In this document: positions 38,601-47,972 of the stretch, piece after piece
Numbering within the stretch: position 1 is the stretch's first letter
Layout: each line of letters starts with the position of its first letter
NCBI GenBank assembly: GCA_017615245.1
Contig: JAGAAL010000035.1
Span: forward strand, 764 to 64,763
Source of the DNA: Bacteroidaceae bacterium
Lineage (GTDB): Bacteria; Bacteroidota; Bacteroidia; Bacteroidales; Bacteroidaceae
Length of the DNA: 64,000 bases
Direction of reading: 5' to 3'
Notes under the pieces: model-generated
Told to the model about the DNA's origin: nothing
Databases searched by the model: none
Seen by the model: only the letters and a program-made list of their open reading frames with translations
Program-made: the position numbers and the translations under genes

Positions 38601-38968
38601 TGTGTAAAGTTATAACCTTCGAGATCGGCAGAGAGTGAAGTAACGAAAGTAGGAACGCTGATAGTATATGTTCCGTCTTCGTCGGTCATCGCAGCATAGA
38701 AGCTATTGTTGAACGACTTCACTTTAACACCGGCAAGTGGTTCACCTGTTGTTGCATCAATTACCTTACCAGAAACTTCCTTCATTGGATATTTCTTGAG
38801 AGGCTTCTGTACTTTCTTCTTTACAGGAGCTTCAATCTCTTCCGTATATTCTGCATCATCATCTTGTGCAGACATAGGGAGAACTCCTATGCAGAATATC
38901 ATAGTTGCAATTCCTGCCTTGCAGAAACGCAGCATATTATTTTCAAAATATGTCTTCATATAATTCAT
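35690..38968 (-). CDS. SusC/RagA family TonB-linked outer membrane protein
   Basis: 1092 aa. Contains a carboxypeptidase-regulatory-like domain (VSGKVIDATTGEPLAGVKV...DGTYTISV), a plug and a 22-strand-type barrel ending in FTLGVKFNL. Confidence 0.92.
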   Translation of the reverse strand: MNYMKTYFENNMLRFCKAGIATMIFCIGVLPMSAQDDDAEYTEEIEAPVKKKVQKPLKKYPMKEVSGKVIDATTGEPLAGVKVKSFNNSFYAAMTDEDGTYTISVPTFVTSLSADLEGYNFTQVAINDRAEGVDIKLFSDQYLEDYVTKTSAAKSVTTKDFGTSTAWTLDQEVQNRFGGDVHSISRTGIPGMGVSMFVEGFHSINASSQPLIIIDGVIHDMMYSSTMLHNGYWNNPLANVNMDDVAEIKVLKNATAIYGAQGANGVILISTKRNTSMKTVIDVNISGGIELIPSSVDIMDANQYRAYASGLLKTAGSKLENFKFLQTDPTYYYYNMYHNNTDWKDVVFEEAFSQNYGIHIQGGDEVANYNLSVGYVDSQSTLKKNNVNRFNIRFNSDIVLTDKLTTRFDVAYANLKRNLRDDGFTPEFQANAISSPNVLALMKSPFVAPYDFSTDGKISTFVSDADDYLSEALGSKASLANPLGILKYADALNKNRVDNTDVNIVVTPVWHVNRNFTLQEQFAYSQLSCSEIYYTPVQGMPNYYVKNVGTVQNSTGTSFYKHKALMSDTRFDLALPLGKHRFDIFGGVRYLNDNFKDSYTHAYDSGNDKTPDQATRNRHAEGVDETWKSINWYGNIDYNYREKYYLQGSFAFQSSSRFGKQADAGIKLFGVTWGFFPSIQGAWVISNEDWFRPSRGINMLKLNAGFESLGNDSYDNNAAFTYMSARSFLKEKAVGIGLENIGNSKLRWESTNRFNVGLEGNFFNNRLNVKLNYFYAKTSNLATLGAIAYPTGIKQYWTNDGAMKNEGYDVAAIAKVVNNKKFKFELGANVGHYKNEVTQLPNNVQSIETDIYNGTIQTVVGSPLGVFYGYKTDGVFATTAEAQAANLGILDKAGNKIDFKAGDMRFVDMNNDNLITEADRVIIGDPNPDIYGNLHANLHFGKSFSVAVNFNYSLGNDIYNYQRSVLEGGSDFINQTTAVCRRWIAEGQQTDIPQATYNDPMGNSRFSDRWIEDGSYLKLKNITLSYKLPLSPENKFLQGITIWAAANNLLTFTKYLGADPEVSCSNSSLLQGINAGFTPSGRSFTLGVKFNL

Positions 38969-38981
38969 TGTTTAGGAGTTA

Positions 38982-40715
38982 CTATTCTTCATTATCTGGA
39001 GCTACAACTGGAAGATCGTCTTCGTCAGCTTTCACTGGCATTCCGTGTGGACGGAGAATCAGACGGTCAAACAACATACGACGAGAGAAGTCCTTAGTCT
39101 CCTTTGTAGACACATAAGACTGAATCTGAATCATCACACCAGCCTTGTTGGTTTTATAATAGCACTCAGTGAACTTCAAGGTACCCAAGAAGATGGAGTC
39201 GACCTTTTCAGGATTGCTGCGGAAGTTGGTTTCCTTTCCATCAGGGTCAGCAGGATTCTTCAATACCTCATTACGAGTCTTTGGCCATTGTGAACTAGCA
39301 TCCGTATCCTTGTTCGTACGATAGAACATATTGACACGGAACTGATATGCCTTCAAAGAGTCAGCTTCAGAGCTCAAATTCCTACCATACTTCAAAGGAA
39401 CCGTTACCAAATATACATCGTACTCACCAGACAGTGTGTTTGGAATATTGAAAGCGATATATGGCTGGGCAGAAGCCGTCTTAGGAATTACATCCAGATA
39501 AGCACGTTCAGAAATTCCAGGATGGATATTATCTGTTCTGACTGTATAGTCACAGTTCTTCGTAAAGATGTAACCCTTTTCGTCTTCATCCATGTTAATG
39601 TTACCAGTGCTTTCGGCTTCCAACTTGATCTCATGGAAGAACGCATCGTAGATTGACGTTGGGAACAAATCGGTCTTGTACACAATACCATTACTACAAG
39701 TCACCTTCTCGTAATACTTATCCGGAGCAAGGAGTCCACCCTCATCAAATGGTTTGTAGAACACGTTGTGCTCTGGGTCCCAACGGCTATAAGTCGTCGT
39801 TACCAATGAGTCGTTAGAGTAGATGTTTGCATTGCGGTTGTAGAACAACGAATTCAATGTGAAGTAGTTTGAATAATACTGCTGCAAAGAGTCGCGGTCG
39901 TCCTCATGAATATTAAAGTTGAAATAGTCCTTCACAAGGTTGTAACGCTCGTTGTAAGCTTCCTTACGAGGAGCAATCACCAAGTAGTTGGAATCTTCAC
40001 GATAGATGTAAGAATCGAGACGCTGCAACAAACGGTTTGCCTTAATCATCACGGAGTCAACATAGATTCGATTTCCGTCACCGTCTACACCACGATAAAC
40101 GCTTCGGTTAACGTCCAAAGAGTCATCGTCATAATATCTGATAATGGTGTACATAGAATCGATGTCAGGATCTGTTTCCAACAGCTCATAAATGTTAGGA
40201 TGGAATGGAAGATCTGAATTCAACACATGCAGAATACCATTGTTACAAACAGTATTAACAGCCTTTGCATGTACAGAGTCAACACCAACAACACCATTGG
40301 TCAAGGTTGTCTTCTTCTGATTGAGAAGCATAACATCCTGCTTGGTTGAGTTAGAAGAGTAGTTGTAACGTGCAATGTGGTTCTTTACAAATCGGGTAAT
40401 CACCTGATCCTTGTGACCATTATTAATCTCTCTGAGAAGGCTGTCTTTATTGAACGAGCCATTCACTGGTGCAAATACTGTTACTAATTGACTCTCATTG
40501 AGAAGTGCATCATAGCCTGTTGCGTCAAGGATTTCCACGAAATCCGTTAACCCTTCAGACTTAAGTTGCTGATAGATGGTGGCATCTACTACATTTCCAG
40601 TTGCCAGGCTTGCATCGTAGTGCTCATCCCATGTATCTGAACAGGCATAGCTCACCAGCAAGCCAGCGAACACCAAGACGCCTGTACGGATTGATTTATT
40701 TATATTCTTATTCAT
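38982..40715 (-). CDS. Fasciclin (FAS1) domain lipoprotein with a roughly 330-aa C-terminal domain of unknown function
   Basis: I start at the ATG at 40715 (MNKNINKSIRTGVLVFAGLLVSYAC lipobox). FAS1 H1 and H2 motifs are LVTVFAPVNGSF and NGILHVLNSDL. Confidence 0.8.
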   Translation of the reverse strand: MNKNINKSIRTGVLVFAGLLVSYACSDTWDEHYDASLATGNVVDATIYQQLKSEGLTDFVEILDATGYDALLNESQLVTVFAPVNGSFNKDSLLREINNGHKDQVITRFVKNHIARYNYSSNSTKQDVMLLNQKKTTLTNGVVGVDSVHAKAVNTVCNNGILHVLNSDLPFHPNIYELLETDPDIDSMYTIIRYYDDDSLDVNRSVYRGVDGDGNRIYVDSVMIKANRLLQRLDSYIYREDSNYLVIAPRKEAYNERYNLVKDYFNFNIHEDDRDSLQQYYSNYFTLNSLFYNRNANIYSNDSLVTTTYSRWDPEHNVFYKPFDEGGLLAPDKYYEKVTCSNGIVYKTDLFPTSIYDAFFHEIKLEAESTGNINMDEDEKGYIFTKNCDYTVRTDNIHPGISERAYLDVIPKTASAQPYIAFNIPNTLSGEYDVYLVTVPLKYGRNLSSEADSLKAYQFRVNMFYRTNKDTDASSQWPKTRNEVLKNPADPDGKETNFRSNPEKVDSIFLGTLKFTECYYKTNKAGVMIQIQSYVSTKETKDFSRRMLFDRLILRPHGMPVKADEDDLPVVAPDNEE

Positions 40716-40728
40716 AATAATATATTTT

Positions 40729-42783
40729 TTAGTACTTATCTTCTGGATAGTATTCATTGTTATAAACACTACGAGGGCAGAGTTCAATATAGTCGAATGC
40801 GAATGTACCCATATCGCCCATATCAAGTTTCTGCTGAACTCTTACATAGTGGTCGGTATGACCATCAGAATGGAAGGTTGTCCATATACGCCGCATCTCT
40901 GTCATGCCATCACGCATCCAGAATGGATTACCTGTACCATCCTGATTAATGTTTCCATAAGAAGCCGGTCCCTTCATCCAACCACGGTTGTGCAGAGCCT
41001 TGTCATAAGCAGCAATAGCTTCTTGGTCACCGAGATCTGAATCAGACTTGTTTCCGATTGACGGGTCAGTACCTTGCTTTCTCATATCAAGAGGGATACC
41101 ACATGGTTTGCCGTCGAAGTAGACCTGCAAAATACCACGGTTGTCGAATCCGAGACATGTCTGAATTCTAAACTCATAGTCACCTTCCGGTACAGGAGGA
41201 ATACGGAATGTGATATCGAACATACCGGAAATCAGCAATTCGTCACCCTGATAAGACCAGAAGCTGAGATAACGGTTACGGACATGCATGTGAGTCTTCT
41301 GGGTAAAGTCAAAATTCGTCACGAAACCACGTTTGAATCCGAGACAGTGATTCGGATTCACGTTGGGATCTGCTGAATCACTTTGCTTTCCATACTGACC
41401 TGGTTGAGAAGGCACACCTCCGACACCAACAACTGCATGACCACGGGCACCGCTTGTCAAGAAGTCTGGTGACAATGTCGTTGCGTCGATTCGCATACGT
41501 TCGTTAAGCACCACTGTCTGAGTAACTTCACCATAAGTGATAATGTCATTTATGTAGTGATAAACTCCATTGACAGCCACTAGATCACGACCAGCCTCAG
41601 AAGGAGACTTGATCTTAGCACCTGGTTCAAATACGCCACGACTATCCTTACGGTTCTGGACACCACGGCGGTTGACATAACGTCCTGCCTGTGAACCAGA
41701 TGGGAAGGAAATCTTCATAATAGAATAAGGTAGCATCGTCTCGTACCAGTCGGCTACGTCCCAGTGACGACGGTCAAAACACTTCAAAAGTACGTTATCC
41801 GCAGTCAACATGTTGTAGACAATACGGGCAGGGAGGAAATGATAAGACACAAATCTGTTGAGAGAATTTCGACGGTCCGTGTAATCTGTAACATTCGCGT
41901 CTTCCGGATAAACTTCGTCATAAACCTGCTTTGCATATGCTTTCAAGTCTTCGAGGTTATTGATTCCATGCTCAGCATAGACATCGTTTTGCTCAATGAA
42001 ACCAGTATATCCAAAGAAGCGGCTCTCCGCATACCCTACAATGTCACGTTCGACTGCAGTTTTCTGAGCGAACCACTGATCAATAGAGTCCACAGACAAC
42101 GTATAGTTTTCGTCCTTATAATCGCGCATCAGTTCGTCGAGTTGACAGAGTTTCATCGCGTTATAGAATAACGAAATCGTAGAGTCCTTCTTCATCAAAT
42201 CCGGGAGCATTTCTGTGGTTGCATCGATCACTCTATCGACCGTATGAACCACTCCGTTCTCCACAGAGTCGTCATGGTGGATTACCATTGCCGACTGATT
42301 GATGTAGTAAACAATCTGCACAGTACCTGGATCTGATGTTACATCAGAGTCGCAGGTGATTGTCAGATAACGGTCCAGCATGTTCTGAGTCGGAAGGGTC
42401 GCATCAGAGAAGTCGGTAGTGAAGTACGACTGCTCAATGATATGTGTACAAGCAATCGTATCACAATCGGCAACTGACAAGTCATCGACTGAGCTCATAT
42501 CTCGTCCTGACAAGTATGCATCTACTGCTTCGTTAGTAGGAGCGAAAACAGTATATGTGCCGTAAGTGCCGAGAAGGTCAAGGTTAACCAACTTTGACTT
42601 GTTAATAATCTCGACGAACTTACTGAACGTCTCAGGACGGCTGGTGAGATAGGTATTCGCCATCTCTCCTTTTGCAGTGTAATAATTCTCCACGCCTGGA
42701 TCATCGTCACAGCCAACCAATAAGATGGCCGTAAACGCTATCACGACTGCAAGGTATTTATTATTTCTAATCTTAGTTATCAT
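40729..42783 (-). CDS. Fasciclin (FAS1) domain lipoprotein with a large C-terminal domain of unknown function
   Basis: Lipobox AILLVGC. FAS1 motifs TYTVFAPTNEAV and NGVVHTVDRVI. Confidence 0.8.
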   Translation of the reverse strand: MITKIRNNKYLAVVIAFTAILLVGCDDDPGVENYYTAKGEMANTYLTSRPETFSKFVEIINKSKLVNLDLLGTYGTYTVFAPTNEAVDAYLSGRDMSSVDDLSVADCDTIACTHIIEQSYFTTDFSDATLPTQNMLDRYLTITCDSDVTSDPGTVQIVYYINQSAMVIHHDDSVENGVVHTVDRVIDATTEMLPDLMKKDSTISLFYNAMKLCQLDELMRDYKDENYTLSVDSIDQWFAQKTAVERDIVGYAESRFFGYTGFIEQNDVYAEHGINNLEDLKAYAKQVYDEVYPEDANVTDYTDRRNSLNRFVSYHFLPARIVYNMLTADNVLLKCFDRRHWDVADWYETMLPYSIMKISFPSGSQAGRYVNRRGVQNRKDSRGVFEPGAKIKSPSEAGRDLVAVNGVYHYINDIITYGEVTQTVVLNERMRIDATTLSPDFLTSGARGHAVVGVGGVPSQPGQYGKQSDSADPNVNPNHCLGFKRGFVTNFDFTQKTHMHVRNRYLSFWSYQGDELLISGMFDITFRIPPVPEGDYEFRIQTCLGFDNRGILQVYFDGKPCGIPLDMRKQGTDPSIGNKSDSDLGDQEAIAAYDKALHNRGWMKGPASYGNINQDGTGNPFWMRDGMTEMRRIWTTFHSDGHTDHYVRVQQKLDMGDMGTFAFDYIELCPRSVYNNEYYPEDKY

Positions 42784-42791
42784 AGTGTTAA

Positions 42792-44657
42792 TTAATAGTT
42801 TCTTTCATTTTTCTTTTCTTTGTCGTATGCAGGATTCTGCTTCAAAAGAGGGTTACGATCCAATTCGTCATCGTAGAATGGCATGTACAGGAATTCAAGC
42901 ATCGCCATCTTGATTCGCATAGCAGAAGCATTCTGAGTGAACTTGCTGCTGAGCAAACCAGATACGTATGTTGTACTACCTTCACGACGAGCACGACGAA
43001 CCAAATCATAATAACGCTTACCTTCGAACAGCAACTCTCTACGACGCTCATGCTCTACAAGTAAATCAAAATCTTTCTTGATATTGAAATTTGAGCGTTG
43101 AGGTTTAGCTGATGCCACTTTTGTCTGTGGAGTAGAGCGCTCATAGATAGCCCTGACAATATTGAATGCATCATCATAATACTCCTTTGCCGTTGAATAA
43201 ACGTTTCCTGTCGGAGTAACCCTGCGAGGAGCAGGCGTAGCACTATCATCAGCCGCAGCAGTTGCGTTGTCATCAAGATAACCAGCAATCTGGACTTCTG
43301 CCTCTGCCTTCATCAACATGACATCAGTGAGACGATAAAGAATCCAGTTTGCATAGTTTTCGCTACGTGCACTATTACTCAAACCATCCACTGACCAGAC
43401 GTTTTTAGCACCAACTTTCACTCTGGCTCTTTCCACCACATATTTCTGGATGGTATAAGGGTTGCTTTCGTGATACAGGAAGCTTGTCTGACTACGGAAA
43501 TCATAGGATGAGAACAAGTTATCATTAGATTCGAAGTTTGCATCAGGAATAGTCGACATCATTACGTCGCTAGCAGCCAACTGTGCACCACTTTCACCAC
43601 TATTGCGGCCTCCATAAAGTGAGCCTATCGCACTATTTTCTGCAGAGCTACCATATCTGTGGCTTTCTTCTTCAAAGTTCAATTCGAAAATACTTTCGAA
43701 TGAATTACCATCACCACCAAAGATTCGGTTAAATGCCTTTGCATTGGTTCCCTGACCAGAAGTCTGATCTGATTCTGCCCATTCTTCAAGCAGAGGGAAA
43801 CCGTAATCAGCGTAAATTTCGCGGCTAATCTGTGGTTTCAAAGTACCATAACGATCTTCCTTGTATTCTGCAATCTTGGCATCAATCACCTTGTCACAAC
43901 ATTCAACACACTTAAGGTAATCTGCGTTACGGGTTGCTGCATCTACTTTCGCATTCGAAGCTCTCCAGAGATACATATCTGCTAAGATAGCATTGATAGC
44001 ATTTCGGGAGATACGTGCAGAATTCTCAATCTCGTTGACATATCTCTTTGGTGCGTAATTGACATTCGCCTCCAAATCCATAATCAGCGTATCGAGTATC
44101 AGTTCCTGCGGTGTTGCAGGAAGATAATAATTCTGGTCATCATCGATAGATGCGACGAAGGTGAAAGGAACATCTCCGAACGTACGAATTAAATAGAAGT
44201 AGCACAAACCACGAATTGCCTTCACTTCTGCCAAATTCTGACGAAGGTCGGATTCGGTATAGTTAGGGTCACGTTCCTGAATCACTGGAGCGTAAAGCTC
44301 AACAGTGTTACAGCGGTTAATCAATTTATAGAATGCGCTATAATCACAATATGTATTTGTTTCAAGGATATTTCCGTTGAGCAAATACTGAAGGTCTTTG
44401 CTTGCCTGAGAGATCTGTTGTCCTTCCTTAATATTATCGGAACGGACCTCACCCCATATAATCATACGGGTGATAACATCGCTACTTGTCAAACCTGTAT
44501 AGCAAGAGAATACTACACTCTCGACGTCAGCCTTACTTGTCCAATAGTTCTGCGCAATAATCTGGTTCAATGGTAAAACCTCAACATCGCACGAAACCAA
44601 TGACAGGCTGGAGAGTGTTGCCAAACCTATTGACTTTATTATATTTTTTAGTTTCAT
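42792..44657 (-). CDS. SusD/RagB family nutrient-binding outer membrane lipoprotein
   Basis: I start at the ATG at 44657 (MKLKNIIKSIGLATLSSLSLVSC). The RagB/SusD-like C-terminal half contains RRELLFEGKRYYDLVR. Confidence 0.88.
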   Translation of the reverse strand: MKLKNIIKSIGLATLSSLSLVSCDVEVLPLNQIIAQNYWTSKADVESVVFSCYTGLTSSDVITRMIIWGEVRSDNIKEGQQISQASKDLQYLLNGNILETNTYCDYSAFYKLINRCNTVELYAPVIQERDPNYTESDLRQNLAEVKAIRGLCYFYLIRTFGDVPFTFVASIDDDQNYYLPATPQELILDTLIMDLEANVNYAPKRYVNEIENSARISRNAINAILADMYLWRASNAKVDAATRNADYLKCVECCDKVIDAKIAEYKEDRYGTLKPQISREIYADYGFPLLEEWAESDQTSGQGTNAKAFNRIFGGDGNSFESIFELNFEEESHRYGSSAENSAIGSLYGGRNSGESGAQLAASDVMMSTIPDANFESNDNLFSSYDFRSQTSFLYHESNPYTIQKYVVERARVKVGAKNVWSVDGLSNSARSENYANWILYRLTDVMLMKAEAEVQIAGYLDDNATAAADDSATPAPRRVTPTGNVYSTAKEYYDDAFNIVRAIYERSTPQTKVASAKPQRSNFNIKKDFDLLVEHERRRELLFEGKRYYDLVRRARREGSTTYVSGLLSSKFTQNASAMRIKMAMLEFLYMPFYDDELDRNPLLKQNPAYDKEKKNERNY

Positions 44658-44670
44658 TGTTCCTGATTTT

Positions 44671-47600
44671 TTAGAATCCAACATTTATACCTAAAGTAAA
44701 TTGCTTTGAACGAGGTGTACGACCACCATCGGTTGCAGCACGGTATCCACCCTGAGAGACTTCTGGGTCAGCACCTGAGTATTTCGTCAAAACGAATACG
44801 TTGTTGAAGTTGAGGTTGAAACTCAAACTCTTGATACCGAACTGGGTCAACTGCTTGGTAGGTACGCTGTACGACATAGTGATGAAGTTCATTCGGAGGA
44901 ATGAAGCATCTTCCATGAAGCGGTCGGAACCTAACCAGTTGTAACCATAGTCATGAAGCGCGCGTGGAATAACAGCAACATCACCCTCGTTGTGCCAACG
45001 CCAGTTGACTGCACGTGACTGGTTGTTGTTGTCATACATATTTTCAGCTTTCATACGTGCTTCGTTGATAACCTTCTGACCAATACGATAGTTGAAACGC
45101 ATGTGGAAATTGAATCGTCCATAGTTGATCTGGAATCCGAAACCACCAGTCAATTTTGGCAGAGAAGAACCGAGGTAAACGATGTCAAGTTCGTTGATGT
45201 TACCATCGTGGTTGATATCCTCATACTTAGCATCACCACCCTTGAACTCATACTGAATACCTCCGTAGTCGAACATCATTGGTTTTGAACGTCCGTTCTC
45301 ATTCAAGATTACTTCGCCAGCAGCATTGCGAGCCACTGGTGCATCAGGACCACTTACGCCTGGAATTTCAGTAGCACTCCATTCGCTATAAGAATAAACA
45401 CCCTTGTAACGGAAACCATAGATAGAACCGATTGGGTTTTTAATCTGTACACGAGAGAGGTACTGACCATTTTCATGGTTGAACTCAGCATTCATCTGGT
45501 CGAGCACCATTGCATCCATTTCAAGGATTTGGTTACGGTTGTTCGAGAATGCCATATTGAATGAAGCCGAGAACTTACCGCGACGAATGAAGTTGTTTAC
45601 ATTCAAGTTGAATTCCCATCCGTTATTACGAACGATACCTTGCAACTTAGCAGGCAGGTTAGAATATCCTGAAGAAGTAGGAATCGGGTAACTTGATACC
45701 TGTTCGTTTCGGCTGGTATAAACCTGAACGTCTCCAGAAATCTTATTACGCAAGAATGCGAAGTGAGAACCGAAGTTCCAAGTGTCATTATTTGCAGGAC
45801 GAATAATCTTCAGACGAATCTGTTGAGGAGCAACTGCTGTCACGCCAAGGTATGAACCGTCTGAGCTATAGGTACTATACATTGAAGTAGAACCTCCTGA
45901 TGGACGACCTGAACGACCCCAACCTATACTGAGTGACAACATGTTAATCCATTTCAGTTTTTCCTTTATAAATGTCTCATCGGAAATATTCCAACGACCA
46001 GAGATACCATAATATGCACCCCACTTCTTTGGGTTGCTGTTTGACTTATCGAAACGAGCGGTGAAGTCGAAACTGTATTTACCTCTGAATGAGTAGTGAG
46101 ACTGGAATGCGAAGTTCTCAGACTTAGATGGAGCACTTACGCTACCACTGGCACTGCTGAGTACACCACCTGCAAGTGCAGAAGTAATATCGCCTGTTGG
46201 GAGCCACTTACGTGACACGCTCTGATTAGAGCTGTTACCTGTACTATACTCACCACGAACCATGAACATCAATGAATGATCTTCGTTGTTGAAGTGTGGA
46301 GTATAAGTCAAACTGTGACGTGTACTGAAGCTATTGCTCTTACTCTGACTTGTAGATGCCACGTTAGAGTTACCACCATTCCAGCCATCTGTCTGAAGAA
46401 CAGAAGGCGTGAAGTTGTGGCTATCGTTTGCGGAAACGCTGAAGGATACTTGACCCTGATACTGCAAACGGTGCTCTTTTGGTTCTGTACCCAAAATGTC
46501 ATAACGGAAGATGAATTCTGGGTTGAGTGACAAGTCGTTAGTCAATCGCTTACCAAGATAAGCAGCTGCCAATGGGTTACCCTTACTCAAACGGTCATTC
46601 AACTGAGAAGAAGTATATTCCTTCTGCATGATGTAGAAGTCACCTGTTGGATTTTCGTTCTCATCTTCCTCGTAAGGAGCAAGGTTAGGCATCATTTCAT
46701 AAGCGAGGTCGGCAAGACCACCACTTGTTGTAGCCGTTCTCTTGTTTTCAGTATATGTCAATGAGAAGTTAGTAGATACCTGAATCTTTGTTGATACATA
46801 GTAGTCGAGAGCAACACGTGTTGTGTAACGGTCGAGTTTCTGATTGATTACGGTACCCAACTGATGTGTGTAACCACCTGCTACACGGAAGCGAGCTTTA
46901 TCACCACCACCAGAGAGTGATACATAATGGTCGTGATTCTGACCAGTCTGGTTGATAATCGTCTCCCAGTCAGTGTTGTTGTTGAACATGTGGTACTGAG
47001 AGTAGTTCGGGTCGTAGTTGATTTCAGGAATGTAATCACTAGATGTATTATCTGCGATAGAGCTCTGCAACGTTGGATTGTAGTATGCCTCTTTCAAGAA
47101 CATGGTGTAGTCATCACCATTGAGCATCTTCATACCACGTGGAGACCAAGTGCCACTGAAACGATATGTATAAGTCACACGAGTCTTACCACGCTGACCA
47201 CGTTTCGTACGGATTTCGATTACACCGTTTGCACCACGGCTACCCCAGATTGCTGTTGCGGCAGCATCCTTGAGGACTGTGATACTCTCGATATCTTCAG
47301 GGTTAACCTGAAGAAGTTCTGCGAACTTTTCTTCGTTGTAATCGTCCTTCTGATTCATATCAATTCTCAAGTCACTGGCATTACCGTTAACAACAATCAG
47401 CGGTTCTGCATCACCGGTGATAGTACCAACACCACGAAGACGCATGGTTGAACCAGCACCGAGGTTACCTGAGTTCATTACGATGTCAAGACCTGCGATA
47501 CGTCCCTGCAAAGCCTCATCGACAGATGTCATAGCCAGACCTTCGAATTCCTTCATATCAATTGTCTGCTGTGCAGTAGAAATTTCAGTAATAGGAATTT

Positions 47601-47970
47601 GCAGACCTACGTTTTCGGTCTTCTTCACTGCCTGGATAACGACTGGTTGAATTTGAGTCGCACTTTCCATCACAATCTTGAACACCTTTTTATTAATAGG
47701 AAGACTTTGCGTCTTATAACCGATATATGAAACCTGGATATGGTCCTTAGGATTCACTACCTTGAATGAGAAGTTACCATTAATATCCGTAACTCCATGG
47801 GCAACGATACGCTTATTATTGTCAATTTCGACAACATTCACCATCATCAATGGTTCATCTGAATCAGAGACAGTACCAGAGATAATGTCGCCAGCCTTCA
47901 CCTGTGCCTGTGCCATTCCACAGAAACAAGCCAAAAGCATTAATATTGATATTATTCTTTTCATACTCAT
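44671..47970 (-). CDS. SusC/RagA family TonB-linked outer membrane protein
   Basis: 1099 aa. Contains a carboxypeptidase-regulatory-like domain (ISGTVSDSDEPLMMVNV...NGNFSFKV), a plug and a barrel ending in FTLGINVGF. Confidence 0.92.
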   Translation of the reverse strand: MSMKRIISILMLLACFCGMAQAQVKAGDIISGTVSDSDEPLMMVNVVEIDNNKRIVAHGVTDINGNFSFKVVNPKDHIQVSYIGYKTQSLPINKKVFKIVMESATQIQPVVIQAVKKTENVGLQIPITEISTAQQTIDMKEFEGLAMTSVDEALQGRIAGLDIVMNSGNLGAGSTMRLRGVGTITGDAEPLIVVNGNASDLRIDMNQKDDYNEEKFAELLQVNPEDIESITVLKDAAATAIWGSRGANGVIEIRTKRGQRGKTRVTYTYRFSGTWSPRGMKMLNGDDYTMFLKEAYYNPTLQSSIADNTSSDYIPEINYDPNYSQYHMFNNNTDWETIINQTGQNHDHYVSLSGGGDKARFRVAGGYTHQLGTVINQKLDRYTTRVALDYYVSTKIQVSTNFSLTYTENKRTATTSGGLADLAYEMMPNLAPYEEDENENPTGDFYIMQKEYTSSQLNDRLSKGNPLAAAYLGKRLTNDLSLNPEFIFRYDILGTEPKEHRLQYQGQVSFSVSANDSHNFTPSVLQTDGWNGGNSNVASTSQSKSNSFSTRHSLTYTPHFNNEDHSLMFMVRGEYSTGNSSNQSVSRKWLPTGDITSALAGGVLSSASGSVSAPSKSENFAFQSHYSFRGKYSFDFTARFDKSNSNPKKWGAYYGISGRWNISDETFIKEKLKWINMLSLSIGWGRSGRPSGGSTSMYSTYSSDGSYLGVTAVAPQQIRLKIIRPANNDTWNFGSHFAFLRNKISGDVQVYTSRNEQVSSYPIPTSSGYSNLPAKLQGIVRNNGWEFNLNVNNFIRRGKFSASFNMAFSNNRNQILEMDAMVLDQMNAEFNHENGQYLSRVQIKNPIGSIYGFRYKGVYSYSEWSATEIPGVSGPDAPVARNAAGEVILNENGRSKPMMFDYGGIQYEFKGGDAKYEDINHDGNINELDIVYLGSSLPKLTGGFGFQINYGRFNFHMRFNYRIGQKVINEARMKAENMYDNNNQSRAVNWRWHNEGDVAVIPRALHDYGYNWLGSDRFMEDASFLRMNFITMSYSVPTKQLTQFGIKSLSFNLNFNNVFVLTKYSGADPEVSQGGYRAATDGGRTPRSKQFTLGINVGF

Positions 47971-47972
47971 AG